Positions 50,167 through 58,980 of a DNA stretch of 64,000 nt are shown piece by piece (the stretch's first letter is position 1; each line of letters begins with the position of its first letter). Location of the stretch: NCBI GenBank assembly GCA_965222075.1, contig OZ244937.1:4160001-4224000 (forward strand), written 5' to 3'. A program made the translations under genes and the position numbers. The notes under the pieces were generated by a model. That model saw nothing but the letters and a program-made list of their open reading frames with translations. It was not told the DNA's origin and did not search any database. Source of the stretch: Candidatus Latescibacterota bacterium. GTDB lineage: Bacteria; Latescibacterota; UBA2968; GCA-2709665.

Positions 50167-51594
50167 CTACGCCCGCTTCGCCCACTGCAGCGCCCGCTGT
50201 CGGTAGAGATGCTCGAACAAATTCCCTTCGTGAGGCTGATCCCAGGAAACATGGGTGGTGGGAATGGGCCCCACATTCAGGCGTTCCACATCCGGAGAGC
50301 CCAACAGCGCGTCGATCAATGCGCCGTCCTCCGTAAGCGCGGTCACTGCGAGACTTGGGCCGATCCGGTCCAGGATCTCCTCCTGGGGCGCTTCGACCAC
50401 ACTGACAAACGGGAACAGGAATTCCGTATTGGCCAGGGGGTGTTCGGGGTCTTCGCACCAGATCACCGTCGGATTCAAAAAGGTACATCCCGCCTTCTCA
50501 ACCACCCGATCCGTCCCCCTGAGCCCAACCGTCAGGTCCACGGCGCCGGGAACCTTAAGCTGGCTGTCGATCAAACCGGAAAGCCGTCGGGCAAATTCGG
50601 GCCGGGTAAACGCGGCAATCTGCGCCTCCGGATCATCCAGCGGCCGGGCGGTAATCTGGACCAGGCACTCCGCCAGCGCCTCTGCGATCTCACGGCCATG
50701 TCCGGGCACCCATACACCGGACGCATTGATACAGGACCTGCCGCCGTTTTCGGCGATAGAGGCCACCATCACATCCAGGCCATCTTCCCATGCCGAAACC
50801 CGATCGGCCCCAATAATTACCTTGCTCCGCCCCGGCCCGTGAATCTGCACACGGGGATCGGCCTCCCAGGGCGCCACTGTCGGTCCGCCGCCAAACAGCA
50901 GCGACCGCCCGCAGCGGAGTAAAAGTTCACCTGCCCCTGCATGGTCCGTCGGATAAACCCCGAATGCCTCCGGCGGGCAGCCCGCCGCAATAAACGCCTG
51001 CGCAATGCGAAACGGCGTCCAGGGCTCCTCGCTGCCGGGCTTGAGAACAAGCGGTACTTTTAAAGGAATCGCAGGAATCCAGAGAGAATGCACCCCGGGC
51101 GAGTTGCTGGGCAGCACGGCGCCCAGGGCTTCGGTCTGGCAGACGTAGCTCAAAGGCCGTTCATTTTGAACCTTCCACCCTTCGTCCAGCACAGAAAGAT
51201 CGAGCCCGCGCGTCAGCCCGTCCAGAACAGCCTCCATCTCTTCGGAAACCAGGCGGATCTTATCCATATTCTGCCGGCAGAGAGATTCAGGCATACCCGT
51301 CGTCCCCGACACCTGCCGACCGTAATCTTCGGGCGACTGCGCATCCCCGTCCAGCGGCAAATCCGCCTCCATAAAAAGCCGGGCGGCCCGTTTACAAATC
51401 CCCAGCAGTTCCGAAACACCGTAAGCCTCAAGCGCCCGCTTATTGGACGCCGCCGACAGCAGATCCTTTGCCACCAGCCCGCGGTTGGCCTGACTGACAG
51501 CCCCCAGGGGTTCCCCGGTCTGAACGTGTGAAACATGGGCTACACTCAAACTCCTGTAAGCCCGCCCGGCCCGTAGAATTGGGAGGTGTACCAT
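50167..51594 (-). CDS. ALDH-superfamily acyl reductase (GriD/EhpG/LuxC-like)
   Basis: LPSNSPGVH, LKPG, NGGRSCINAS and EFLFPF; HGPGRSK replaces the ELGG general-base motif. Confidence 0.8.
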   Translation of the reverse strand: MVHLPILRAGRAYRSLSVAHVSHVQTGEPLGAVSQANRGLVAKDLLSAASNKRALEAYGVSELLGICKRAARLFMEADLPLDGDAQSPEDYGRQVSGTTGMPESLCRQNMDKIRLVSEEMEAVLDGLTRGLDLSVLDEGWKVQNERPLSYVCQTEALGAVLPSNSPGVHSLWIPAIPLKVPLVLKPGSEEPWTPFRIAQAFIAAGCPPEAFGVYPTDHAGAGELLLRCGRSLLFGGGPTVAPWEADPRVQIHGPGRSKVIIGADRVSAWEDGLDVMVASIAENGGRSCINASGVWVPGHGREIAEALAECLVQITARPLDDPEAQIAAFTRPEFARRLSGLIDSQLKVPGAVDLTVGLRGTDRVVEKAGCTFLNPTVIWCEDPEHPLANTEFLFPFVSVVEAPQEEILDRIGPSLAVTALTEDGALIDALLGSPDVERLNVGPIPTTHVSWDQPHEGNLFEHLYRQRALQWAKRA

Positions 51595-51613
51595 AGCTAA
51601 ACGTATTCCTGAT

Positions 51614-52702
51614 TTAATACACTCCCACCACAACGGATTCCTGAAGTTCGGAAAGAAGCCTCAGGTTGCGCACGCCGTCCCAGGGGTAGGGCTCGATCGG
51701 TTCTGCCCGTTCCGCTTCATCCCGTTCTAAAAATCGCGGCATAAAAAACTCTTTGGTCAGCGTCGTCAGCATCACCCGGCCCGTTTCGCCGTAATCCACA
51801 GGTTTGTCGGGATTGGCGGGATCTACAAGCTCGATAACCGCTCGAGGGCAGGGTGAATAGTAAATAATCGCGTAATCATCTGCAGGATCAAACGGCTTGG
51901 AGTGCGCCAGCCCCATCAGCGTGTTCCCGTACGTGGGTACAAAATCAACGCCTGGAACCAGCTCTTCCCGGGCAAAGCGGTGAAATTGGGCATTCATCTC
52001 TGTGCCGCCGCAAAAAATCCCGGCGATGCCCACCTTCTCCAGCGAGACTTTTTCACACAGGGCTTCCAGCAGCCTGGGGGTAGTGAAAATGCACCGGATA
52101 TTGTCATTGGCTCTTAAAATCGTCAGCGCCTGATCAATCACGTGGGCCTTGTACGTATCCATCTCCTGAAGCTTGCCATGCCCGATCAGCTTATTCACCC
52201 ACCGCGGGTCCAGATCCACCAGAAAGCAGATCCCCCCCCGGATCTGGGCCAGGTACTCAATCGCAAGGCGCAGCCGCCGCGGCCCGGTCGGCCCCAGCAT
52301 CAGCCAGTCGCTCCCCCTGGGAAACCCCTCCTCCGACAGGTGCTCGCTGAACATCTCGTAGTCGGTCTGAAAATCGTGAATATTAATCCGATACTTGGGC
52401 ACCCCGGTGGAGCCGCCCGTTTCAAACACATAAACCGGTTTATCGGCAAGCGCCCGGGGCACCCAGCGCCTCACGGGCCCGCCGCGCAGCCACTCGTCCT
52501 GAAAATGGCCCAGCGCCTTGAGGTCGCCGTACCCGCCGATCTCTTTGCACGGGTCAAAATCGAGGCCCCCGGCAAATTCCAGCCAGAACGGACAGCCGGT
52601 CTCCGGACTGAAATGCCACTGCACGATGTCACGAACGTGGGCATCCAGCTCCTGGCGTGCTTTTTCAACCTTCTGGGATAAGGTTCGATCTAAGATCTCC
52701 AT
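51614..52702 (-). CDS. EhpF/GriC-like truncated adenylate-forming enzyme
   Basis: WHFSPETGCPFW, ETGGSTGVPK, PTGP, DLDPRW, GGTE, YGETG, ERD and C-terminal GVY, matching my recollection of EhpF. Confidence 0.78.
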   Translation of the reverse strand: MEILDRTLSQKVEKARQELDAHVRDIVQWHFSPETGCPFWLEFAGGLDFDPCKEIGGYGDLKALGHFQDEWLRGGPVRRWVPRALADKPVYVFETGGSTGVPKYRINIHDFQTDYEMFSEHLSEEGFPRGSDWLMLGPTGPRRLRLAIEYLAQIRGGICFLVDLDPRWVNKLIGHGKLQEMDTYKAHVIDQALTILRANDNIRCIFTTPRLLEALCEKVSLEKVGIAGIFCGGTEMNAQFHRFAREELVPGVDFVPTYGNTLMGLAHSKPFDPADDYAIIYYSPCPRAVIELVDPANPDKPVDYGETGRVMLTTLTKEFFMPRFLERDEAERAEPIEPYPWDGVRNLRLLSELQESVVVGVY

Positions 52703-52722
52703 TCAACCCCCAACCGTCAGTC

Positions 52723-52771
52723 AAATTGCGGATTGCAGAATAAAGGGTTTTCAATCCGCAATCCGCAATTG
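52723..52771. repeat. Intergenic palindrome (AATTGCGGATTG...CAATCCGCAATT), REP-like or RNA-stabilising hairpin
   Basis: Inverted repeat with a tandem CAATCCG unit, inside the operon. Confidence 0.55.
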
Positions 52772-52774
52772 TCT

Positions 52775-54238
52775 TTACCGGCCTCTGTCTTCAATCGCAA
52801 AAAGCGTATTGCGGCCCCCAATATAAAGCACCCCGTCTTTTGCCACAGGCGTGGTGTATACGGCGCTGCCCATGTTCACTTCATAAAGCAGCTCCAGCTT
52901 TTTGCCTACCTTCAAGACGGCAACATCCCCGTCCTCGTCTCCAATATAAACCTTTCCGTCGGCCACAAACGGCGATCCCCAGATTGCGGCAAACGTGTCG
53001 TACTTCCAGTGAGATTTGCCCGTCTTGACATCCAGGCAGTAGACAAACCCGCTCAGATCCGCCGCGTAGAGCAGGCCGTCGTGAATGGCCACGGTAGACA
53101 TCGTCCGGTTAAAATCCTGCCCCCCAAAATGCCACACCGTGCCGCTCCCGGTCACATCCCCTTTGCCCGTCGCGTCGATCGCCCACAGGTGGCCGACGCC
53201 TTCTCCGTGCTCGGGATCCTGTCCCACACCGATAAAGACCTTGTTGTCGTACACAACCGGCGTTGCAACAATGTTATTGCGCGTTCCCCTTCCGCCCAGT
53301 TCCCAGACCGACTCCTTGGGATTGCAGTCAAACTTCCAGATCAGCTCCCCCGTCTCAGGCTCTAACGCATAAATCCACCCATCTCCCCCTGGAAAAATCA
53401 CCTGCGGCTTGCCGTTAATCACCCCGTAGGCCGGATTGGACCACTGCCCGTGCAGGATATTTTCTCCGGGAAGGTCCTTTTCCCAAACGACCTCACCCGT
53501 CTTCGTGTTGACCGCAATAAAACTCGGCGCAAACGGGGAAGGAATGTGGAAATGCCCCTCGTCTACCCCGTTGCTGGTCACCACAAATAGGAGGTCGCCT
53601 GCGCCGACGGGGGAGCAGGTGGCCAAGTTGTGCGGGAAAACCTCCAGCTCCGCCATCATGTCCAGCTTCCAGATCATATCCGCACCGATGTCGCTCGTAT
53701 CGGCTTCCGCTTTGAACGGCCCGTCGTTCTCACCATCCCGGAATCCCTCGGTATCCACACACACCACCTCACAGCGATTGGAGATATAATACAGCCGATC
53801 CTCCTCCACATAAGGCGTTGAGCAGATCCCCTGCTGGGGCCAGTCGTTCACCCGTCCGGCAGCCAGCTTCGTATGCGTGGACTGCCAGAGAAACCGGCCG
53901 TCCGCCTGCCGAAACGCCATTACAACGCCGCGGTCGCCCGTGAGTTTGGGGTCCCGTAAGCCCTGGTTGTTCGTGCCCACAAAGATTTTACCGCCCACAA
54001 TCACGGGCCCCGCATACGTCTGGGACCCCAACACTTCTTTCCATTTAATATTCTCCCCTGTAGCGGGGTCCCACTTTGTCGGCAGGCCTTTCTCGTCAGA
54101 GACCAGATTGCGATCAGGCGTGAAGCCCCACATCGCAGCCTCCTGGGCAGCGGCCGCCGGCGCAATTGCCAAAACTGTTACCACTGTGACGTAAGCAAAC
54201 AGAAAAATATTCCCCATCGGGATGCGTTTAGATTTCAT
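52775..54238 (-). CDS. PQQ-binding-like beta-propeller protein
   Basis: Signal peptide, LPTKWD, LGSQTY, HGQWSNP and TGxxxW repeats. Confidence 0.85.
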   Translation of the reverse strand: MKSKRIPMGNIFLFAYVTVVTVLAIAPAAAAQEAAMWGFTPDRNLVSDEKGLPTKWDPATGENIKWKEVLGSQTYAGPVIVGGKIFVGTNNQGLRDPKLTGDRGVVMAFRQADGRFLWQSTHTKLAAGRVNDWPQQGICSTPYVEEDRLYYISNRCEVVCVDTEGFRDGENDGPFKAEADTSDIGADMIWKLDMMAELEVFPHNLATCSPVGAGDLLFVVTSNGVDEGHFHIPSPFAPSFIAVNTKTGEVVWEKDLPGENILHGQWSNPAYGVINGKPQVIFPGGDGWIYALEPETGELIWKFDCNPKESVWELGGRGTRNNIVATPVVYDNKVFIGVGQDPEHGEGVGHLWAIDATGKGDVTGSGTVWHFGGQDFNRTMSTVAIHDGLLYAADLSGFVYCLDVKTGKSHWKYDTFAAIWGSPFVADGKVYIGDEDGDVAVLKVGKKLELLYEVNMGSAVYTTPVAKDGVLYIGGRNTLFAIEDRGR

Positions 54239-54275
54239 CTCTCACCTCGGTGAAATTGAAGATCGAATATTGAAT

Positions 54276-56489
54276 TCAATCTTCAATAACCTTGATATTA
54301 TCGTAGTATATCTCCGCCGGCGAATACCCATACAGCCCCGGGCTCCCTTCCCGGTTGGGCAGCGGGTCTTCCGCCGTAATCGTCCAGGCCCCGGGCTCGG
54401 GGTCGGAGGTCCGCCAGACCTTCCCCTTGACAATCGCTTTCTCGCCGACAACATCCACCTTCAACTTCATCGTATACCACACATCCGGGTCCCACTGAAA
54501 GTCGATCGTCTTGGCCATCCTCAGATCCGACGTCCAGGAACGGACCTGCAGCCGCTGGTGGTTGCCCATCATATCCAGCGTATAGCGGTTGGCGATCAAC
54601 CCCATATCGGAACGCCTCCGTCCCCTTTTGGCGCCCATCAGATCGGCCTGAATCGTGTAATTCGCCATACCGGGCGGGCCCAGATAAACATTGGAACGGT
54701 TTAACCCCCGTCTTACCGGCGCTTTGACCAGCACCTTGTTCCCGTCCTTCACCTTAACCAGAAACTTGGTCCCTGCCCCCACCCAGTGGGAGGGATTCTT
54801 GTCCACCTCAACCGATTCAAAGTCTTCAGACCACGGCAGAGGAGGCACAACCCGAACCCGTGCGGCCCCTTTTAAATCTCCCACCTGAGCAAAAAGGAAG
54901 CCTGCTTGCGCGCCCCGTTTTTTATCCGGCGTAAACCGTCCTTTCTCACCCATCTCTCCCAACAGCCCTTTGAGCGACCACGCGGCGTTCACCCTCCGTA
55001 TAAATCTTCCCTGAGCGTCAAAAGTCCGCACGCTGAACCGAACCGTCTCGCCCGGGCGAACCAGAACCTCCGCAGGGACGACCCGGATGGTGGCCGGTGG
55101 GGCGTTCCGATCGGGTCTCCTTCCAGCACCCGCCATCGCTTTGGAGGGTATAACGGTGAATTCGGCCTTTTTGTCGCCCAGGCAGTAAAGCCCCTCTTCT
55201 GTTGTAAAATAGATCCGCCCATAAGCAACCGCAGGCGACCCGTAGATCTCCGCAGGGCGTCCACCGGGCAACTTGATTTTTTCTTTATCGAGCGCTTTGC
55301 CGGCATCCTTCCCGGCTTGAACCACCTGAAACGCACCGTTCACTTCCGTTACGTACAACTTTCCATCCGCCCACACCGGAGACCCCTTGCCCACCGTACC
55401 GACATTGTAATGCCAGTAAACCGTGCCATTTTCGGCATCCAGACAGTGAAGGTTCGCCGAATTGTCGACAACATAAAGCCGCCCGGCGTGCACCACCGGC
55501 GAGGCATACCCCACCATACACTCGTCGTAGCGCCAGGCTTCGTGCGTTTTGGTCACATCGCCCGTCCCGGTTCCATCAATGCACACCACCCGTCCCATGG
55601 ACGTATTGTCCAGATTCTCTTCGCTGTGGGCCGCATACACCCGGTCCCCGTCCACCACCACCGAGGCATTGATGCCGCGCTTGCTAAGCTGGAATCCCCA
55701 CACCTTCTCTCCCGTTTGCACCTTAAGCGCATAGATCGCGCCATTCGCATTTCCGGCAATCAGGAGCCGCTGCCCGTTGATCACCGCCACAACCGGTGTG
55801 GAGTACGTGGTATCCTTTGGCGGCCCCCCCGGTGTCGAAATCCAGACCACCTCACCCGTCCGTTTATCAAACGCATAATAACGGTGTCTGCCCGGCACCT
55901 GGTCTCCCCAGCTGGAATTGAGAAAACTGATAATCACAAGGTCGCCGTCCACAAACGGCGTATGGACGCGCCCCCCATAACCCGAAATCCGACCCAATTC
56001 TTCGGTTAAAGAACGCGACCACAAGATATTGCCGTCTCTGTCAAAACAGAAAAACAGCCCCCCGATCCCGTGGGCATATACATTCCCGGTTTCAGGATCG
56101 CCGGCCGGACTCGCCCAGCCCACGCGGTTAAAAGGAATGGTCGTGTGAAAAACGTTGAACCGGTGCTCCCAGAGCAATTTTCCGGTCTCGGCGTCAAAAC
56201 AGGCGACCCGTTCCTGCTCGGTGATATCTTTGCCGATTCGCCCGATCGCATACACCCGGCCGTTGAGCACAACAGGTGTGGAACGGCCGATAAAATCCGC
56301 CTTCCAGATCAGGTTTTCGTCCTCTAAAGACCAGTTTGAGATCAAACCCCTTTCCGGGGAAACCCCGGTTTGCAGGGGGCCGCGCCAGTGCGGCCAGTCT
56401 GCGGCCAGAACGCTCTGACAGCCAGCGCTCCCCACCAGGTGCAGGCAGAGCGAGATACCGATCATCTTAAGTGTAATTTGAGTTCTCAT
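54276..56489 (-). CDS. PQQ-binding-like beta-propeller protein with extra C-terminal Ig-like and jelly-roll domains
   Basis: Signal peptide, DWPHWRGP, propeller repeats and a C-terminal GSPGLYG...YYDNI segment. Confidence 0.85.
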   Translation of the reverse strand: MRTQITLKMIGISLCLHLVGSAGCQSVLAADWPHWRGPLQTGVSPERGLISNWSLEDENLIWKADFIGRSTPVVLNGRVYAIGRIGKDITEQERVACFDAETGKLLWEHRFNVFHTTIPFNRVGWASPAGDPETGNVYAHGIGGLFFCFDRDGNILWSRSLTEELGRISGYGGRVHTPFVDGDLVIISFLNSSWGDQVPGRHRYYAFDKRTGEVVWISTPGGPPKDTTYSTPVVAVINGQRLLIAGNANGAIYALKVQTGEKVWGFQLSKRGINASVVVDGDRVYAAHSEENLDNTSMGRVVCIDGTGTGDVTKTHEAWRYDECMVGYASPVVHAGRLYVVDNSANLHCLDAENGTVYWHYNVGTVGKGSPVWADGKLYVTEVNGAFQVVQAGKDAGKALDKEKIKLPGGRPAEIYGSPAVAYGRIYFTTEEGLYCLGDKKAEFTVIPSKAMAGAGRRPDRNAPPATIRVVPAEVLVRPGETVRFSVRTFDAQGRFIRRVNAAWSLKGLLGEMGEKGRFTPDKKRGAQAGFLFAQVGDLKGAARVRVVPPLPWSEDFESVEVDKNPSHWVGAGTKFLVKVKDGNKVLVKAPVRRGLNRSNVYLGPPGMANYTIQADLMGAKRGRRRSDMGLIANRYTLDMMGNHQRLQVRSWTSDLRMAKTIDFQWDPDVWYTMKLKVDVVGEKAIVKGKVWRTSDPEPGAWTITAEDPLPNREGSPGLYGYSPAEIYYDNIKVIED

Positions 56490-56578
56490 GCAAAACCTTT
56501 GTGTGAATAATCACCCAGAGACATCAGGGCAAAGCGACTGGAAGTCTTGAACCGATCTACGGAAACGAGCGATGGTAT

Positions 56579-56607
56579 ATAATATCCTGTATCACAGCGG
56601 AAATCAA
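56579..56607 (-). promoter_or_regulatory. Putative sigma-70 promoter of the 15-gene operon
   Basis: Minus strand TTGATT-N17-TATTAT, about 90 bp upstream of the ATG at 56489. Confidence 0.5.
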
Positions 56608-56838
56608 GCAAAAGAACGCCCTTCCCCCGTGTTCGGTCGCCTCGATTGAGGCTCCTGCTTGGAAGAAGGGCATTAGCCTCGGCTCACGCCGACGTGTGGA
56701 CTTGCAGATCAGAAAAAAATTGTTGTCATTATGACATCTTGTTGTATAGATTTATAGGACAGGCAGCTTCTGGGATCGCGAACGCCAAACAGGAACCCTT
56801 GTTCTGAAACCCATCGGCTTCTCGCAGGAGGTCGTAAG

Positions 56839-58089
56839 ATGACAAAAGGTGGGTCTATTTCGGCCAGAAGACTCCCCTCCGGCCGGCTGATCGTACTGGC
56901 TGTAGCAATGCTGGCAGGCGCCCTCACCCTGGCGGGCTGCGAGGGCAGGCAGCAGGCAGACCCGTCCCTGGAAGCCCAGACCGGCGCCATCCCCCTCGAC
57001 GGCCTTTCCCCGTCTCAGAAAGCCGCCTTTATCAGAGGCGCCGAACAGTTCGAGCGCTCCTTTACGATTCCGGAGGGGTTGGGCCCTCTCTTCAACCAGT
57101 CGAGCTGTGTCTCCTGCCACCCGGGTAACGGCCGGGGAACCCCCGCCACCGCCCTGACCCGCTTCAGCAAAAAGGACGATCCTGTGCTGCACTTAGGTGG
57201 ACCGCAGCTCCAGGATAAGAGCATCCCGGGCGTGCCTCCCGAAGTCCTGCCGCGCTATGTGGACACCTCCGTTCGGATGCCTCCGCAACTCTTCGGCGCG
57301 GGGTTGATCGAGTCGATCCCCGAAGAGGCGCTGATCGCCCTTACAGACCCGGACGATGCGAACGGCGACGGCATCTCGGGGCGCGTGAACTTGGTAAAGC
57401 GCACAGTCTCTTCGCCAGAAGGCAAGGGGGGGGCAGAACCCGGCCGAGTTGTGGGCCGGTTCGGGCTTAAGGCGAACGTGTCCTCGTTGCTGGATCAGGT
57501 GGTCAGCGCCTACCGCGAAGATATCGGGATCACCTCCGATTTCCTCCCCGAAGAGGTCCCGCATCCGCAGTTCAACGGCGACGCGATCGGTGACATCGTC
57601 CCCGACCCGGAGCTCTCCGCCTCACAGGTCCGAGACGTGGTGACCTACGTGCGCCTTCTGGCGCCGCCCCAGCGGGGGGAGATCACCGACGAAGTCCGGA
57701 GAGGGGAGGCGCTTTTTACCCGGATCGGCTGTGTCTCCTGCCACGTGCCCACCCTGAAGACGGGGCCAAACCCGATACCGGCGCTCAACGAGGTTGAGGT
57801 GCGCCTCTATTCCGACCTGCTCCTGCACGATGTGGGCTACTTCCTGGGCGACGGCCAGCAGGAGGAAGGTGACAACGGCTACGAATGGCGCACGTCCCCC
57901 CTGTGGGGACTGCGGCTGGCCGGCGACCGACACGGCGGGACACCCTTCTACATGCACGACGGCCGGACCTCCGACCTGAGGGAGGTCATCTGGATGCACC
58001 TTGGCGAGGCCACAGAGGCCCGGAACCGCTTCCTGTCCCTCCCCAAAGGGGATCAGAAGGCGTTGATTGCCTTCCTGATGTCCCTTTGA
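56839..58089 (+). CDS. Di-heme oxidoreductase (DHOR) family lipoprotein
   Basis: Lipobox LAGC, two CVSCH heme motifs, GLGPLFN, GRFGLKA, YSDLLLHD and MHDGR. Confidence 0.88.
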   Translation: MTKGGSISARRLPSGRLIVLAVAMLAGALTLAGCEGRQQADPSLEAQTGAIPLDGLSPSQKAAFIRGAEQFERSFTIPEGLGPLFNQSSCVSCHPGNGRGTPATALTRFSKKDDPVLHLGGPQLQDKSIPGVPPEVLPRYVDTSVRMPPQLFGAGLIESIPEEALIALTDPDDANGDGISGRVNLVKRTVSSPEGKGGAEPGRVVGRFGLKANVSSLLDQVVSAYREDIGITSDFLPEEVPHPQFNGDAIGDIVPDPELSASQVRDVVTYVRLLAPPQRGEITDEVRRGEALFTRIGCVSCHVPTLKTGPNPIPALNEVEVRLYSDLLLHDVGYFLGDGQQEEGDNGYEWRTSPLWGLRLAGDRHGGTPFYMHDGRTSDLREVIWMHLGEATEARNRFLSLPKGDQKALIAFLMSL

Positions 58090-58115
58090 GTGTTGGCTTT
58101 ATCAGAGGAACACCG

Positions 58116-58928
58116 ATGAGACCATTCGGGATCTTTTTAACAGGATTGGCGCTTGTGGTGGGGTGCGGTGAGAAAATCGAAGTTGAAAGAGAGATCCACG
58201 CCCAGACCGGCCAGGTGATTACAGAATATGAATACTACCACCATCCGGAGACGCACGAAAAGGTAAAACATGGATATCACAAAACATACCATGTAGCAGG
58301 AAAGAAAGGATATCGGGAAGTAGGAAACTACAACCATGGGAAGAAGGCAGGCGTCTGGACTTACTACCAGGAGAACGGAAACAAATATTTAGACCTGATA
58401 CTGAAAGGCGGCAATGAACAGAGATTCACCTTCTATTACAAAAATGGAAATAAGAAATATGAAGGAAAAACAAAAAATGGGCTGAGAGAAGGATTCTGGA
58501 CCTTCTATCGTGAAAGTGAAAAAAAAGAGAGTGAAGGAATATATAAAAAGGCCAAACGAGAGGGATTCTGGACCTTCTACGACGAAAACGGAAAGAAGGA
58601 GAGCGAAGGAAACTGGAAGGACGACAAACAGGAAGGCCTCTGGAGGTTCTATCATCCAAATGGAAAGAAGAGAGAAGAGGTCACGTTCATAGGTGGAAAA
58701 AGAGAAGGCGCTGTTACGGTTTATGACAAAAATGGGAACAAAAGAATGTCAGGAAGCTATAAAAACGGCAAAATGGAAGGATTCTTTACGCTCTACCACA
58801 CCAATGGGAACAAAAGAACAGAAGGAATATTTGCAGACGGAAAAAGAGAAGGCCTTTGGACACAGTATGATGAAAGTGGAACCGTCCTATCCAGAAAGAC
58901 CTACAAAGAGGGGAAAGAGGTGGAATGA
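58116..58928 (+). CDS. MORN-variant repeat (YwqK-like) lipoprotein
   Basis: VVGC lipobox; roughly 24-aa repeats G.W.FY.ENG.K..EG.YK.G; purine-rich and AT-rich. Confidence 0.85.
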   Translation: MRPFGIFLTGLALVVGCGEKIEVEREIHAQTGQVITEYEYYHHPETHEKVKHGYHKTYHVAGKKGYREVGNYNHGKKAGVWTYYQENGNKYLDLILKGGNEQRFTFYYKNGNKKYEGKTKNGLREGFWTFYRESEKKESEGIYKKAKREGFWTFYDENGKKESEGNWKDDKQEGLWRFYHPNGKKREEVTFIGGKREGAVTVYDKNGNKRMSGSYKNGKMEGFFTLYHTNGNKRTEGIFADGKREGLWTQYDESGTVLSRKTYKEGKEVE

Positions 58929-58980
58929 TTAAGGAGGGCTTCGGCTTTTCTGTTGGCATGAAACGTCTCTGGGAAAATAG

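Noticed and set aside
50167-52702. luxC/luxE bioluminescence genes
   Set aside because: No luxA, luxB or luxD, and the motifs fit EhpF/GriC better.
42665-56489. PQQ biosynthesis or RiPP cluster
   Set aside because: No pqqB/C/D/E-like genes, the radical SAM enzyme is HemN-like rather than SPASM, and I found no convincing precursor ORF in the very short intergenic gaps.
56760-56830. 6S RNA
   Set aside because: Only a short CAAGGGTTC resemblance; no long closing stem is visible.
58300-58900. Repeats in the MORN-variant gene as DGR or tandem DNA repeats
   Set aside because: They are explained by protein repeats, and there is no reverse transcriptase in the window.
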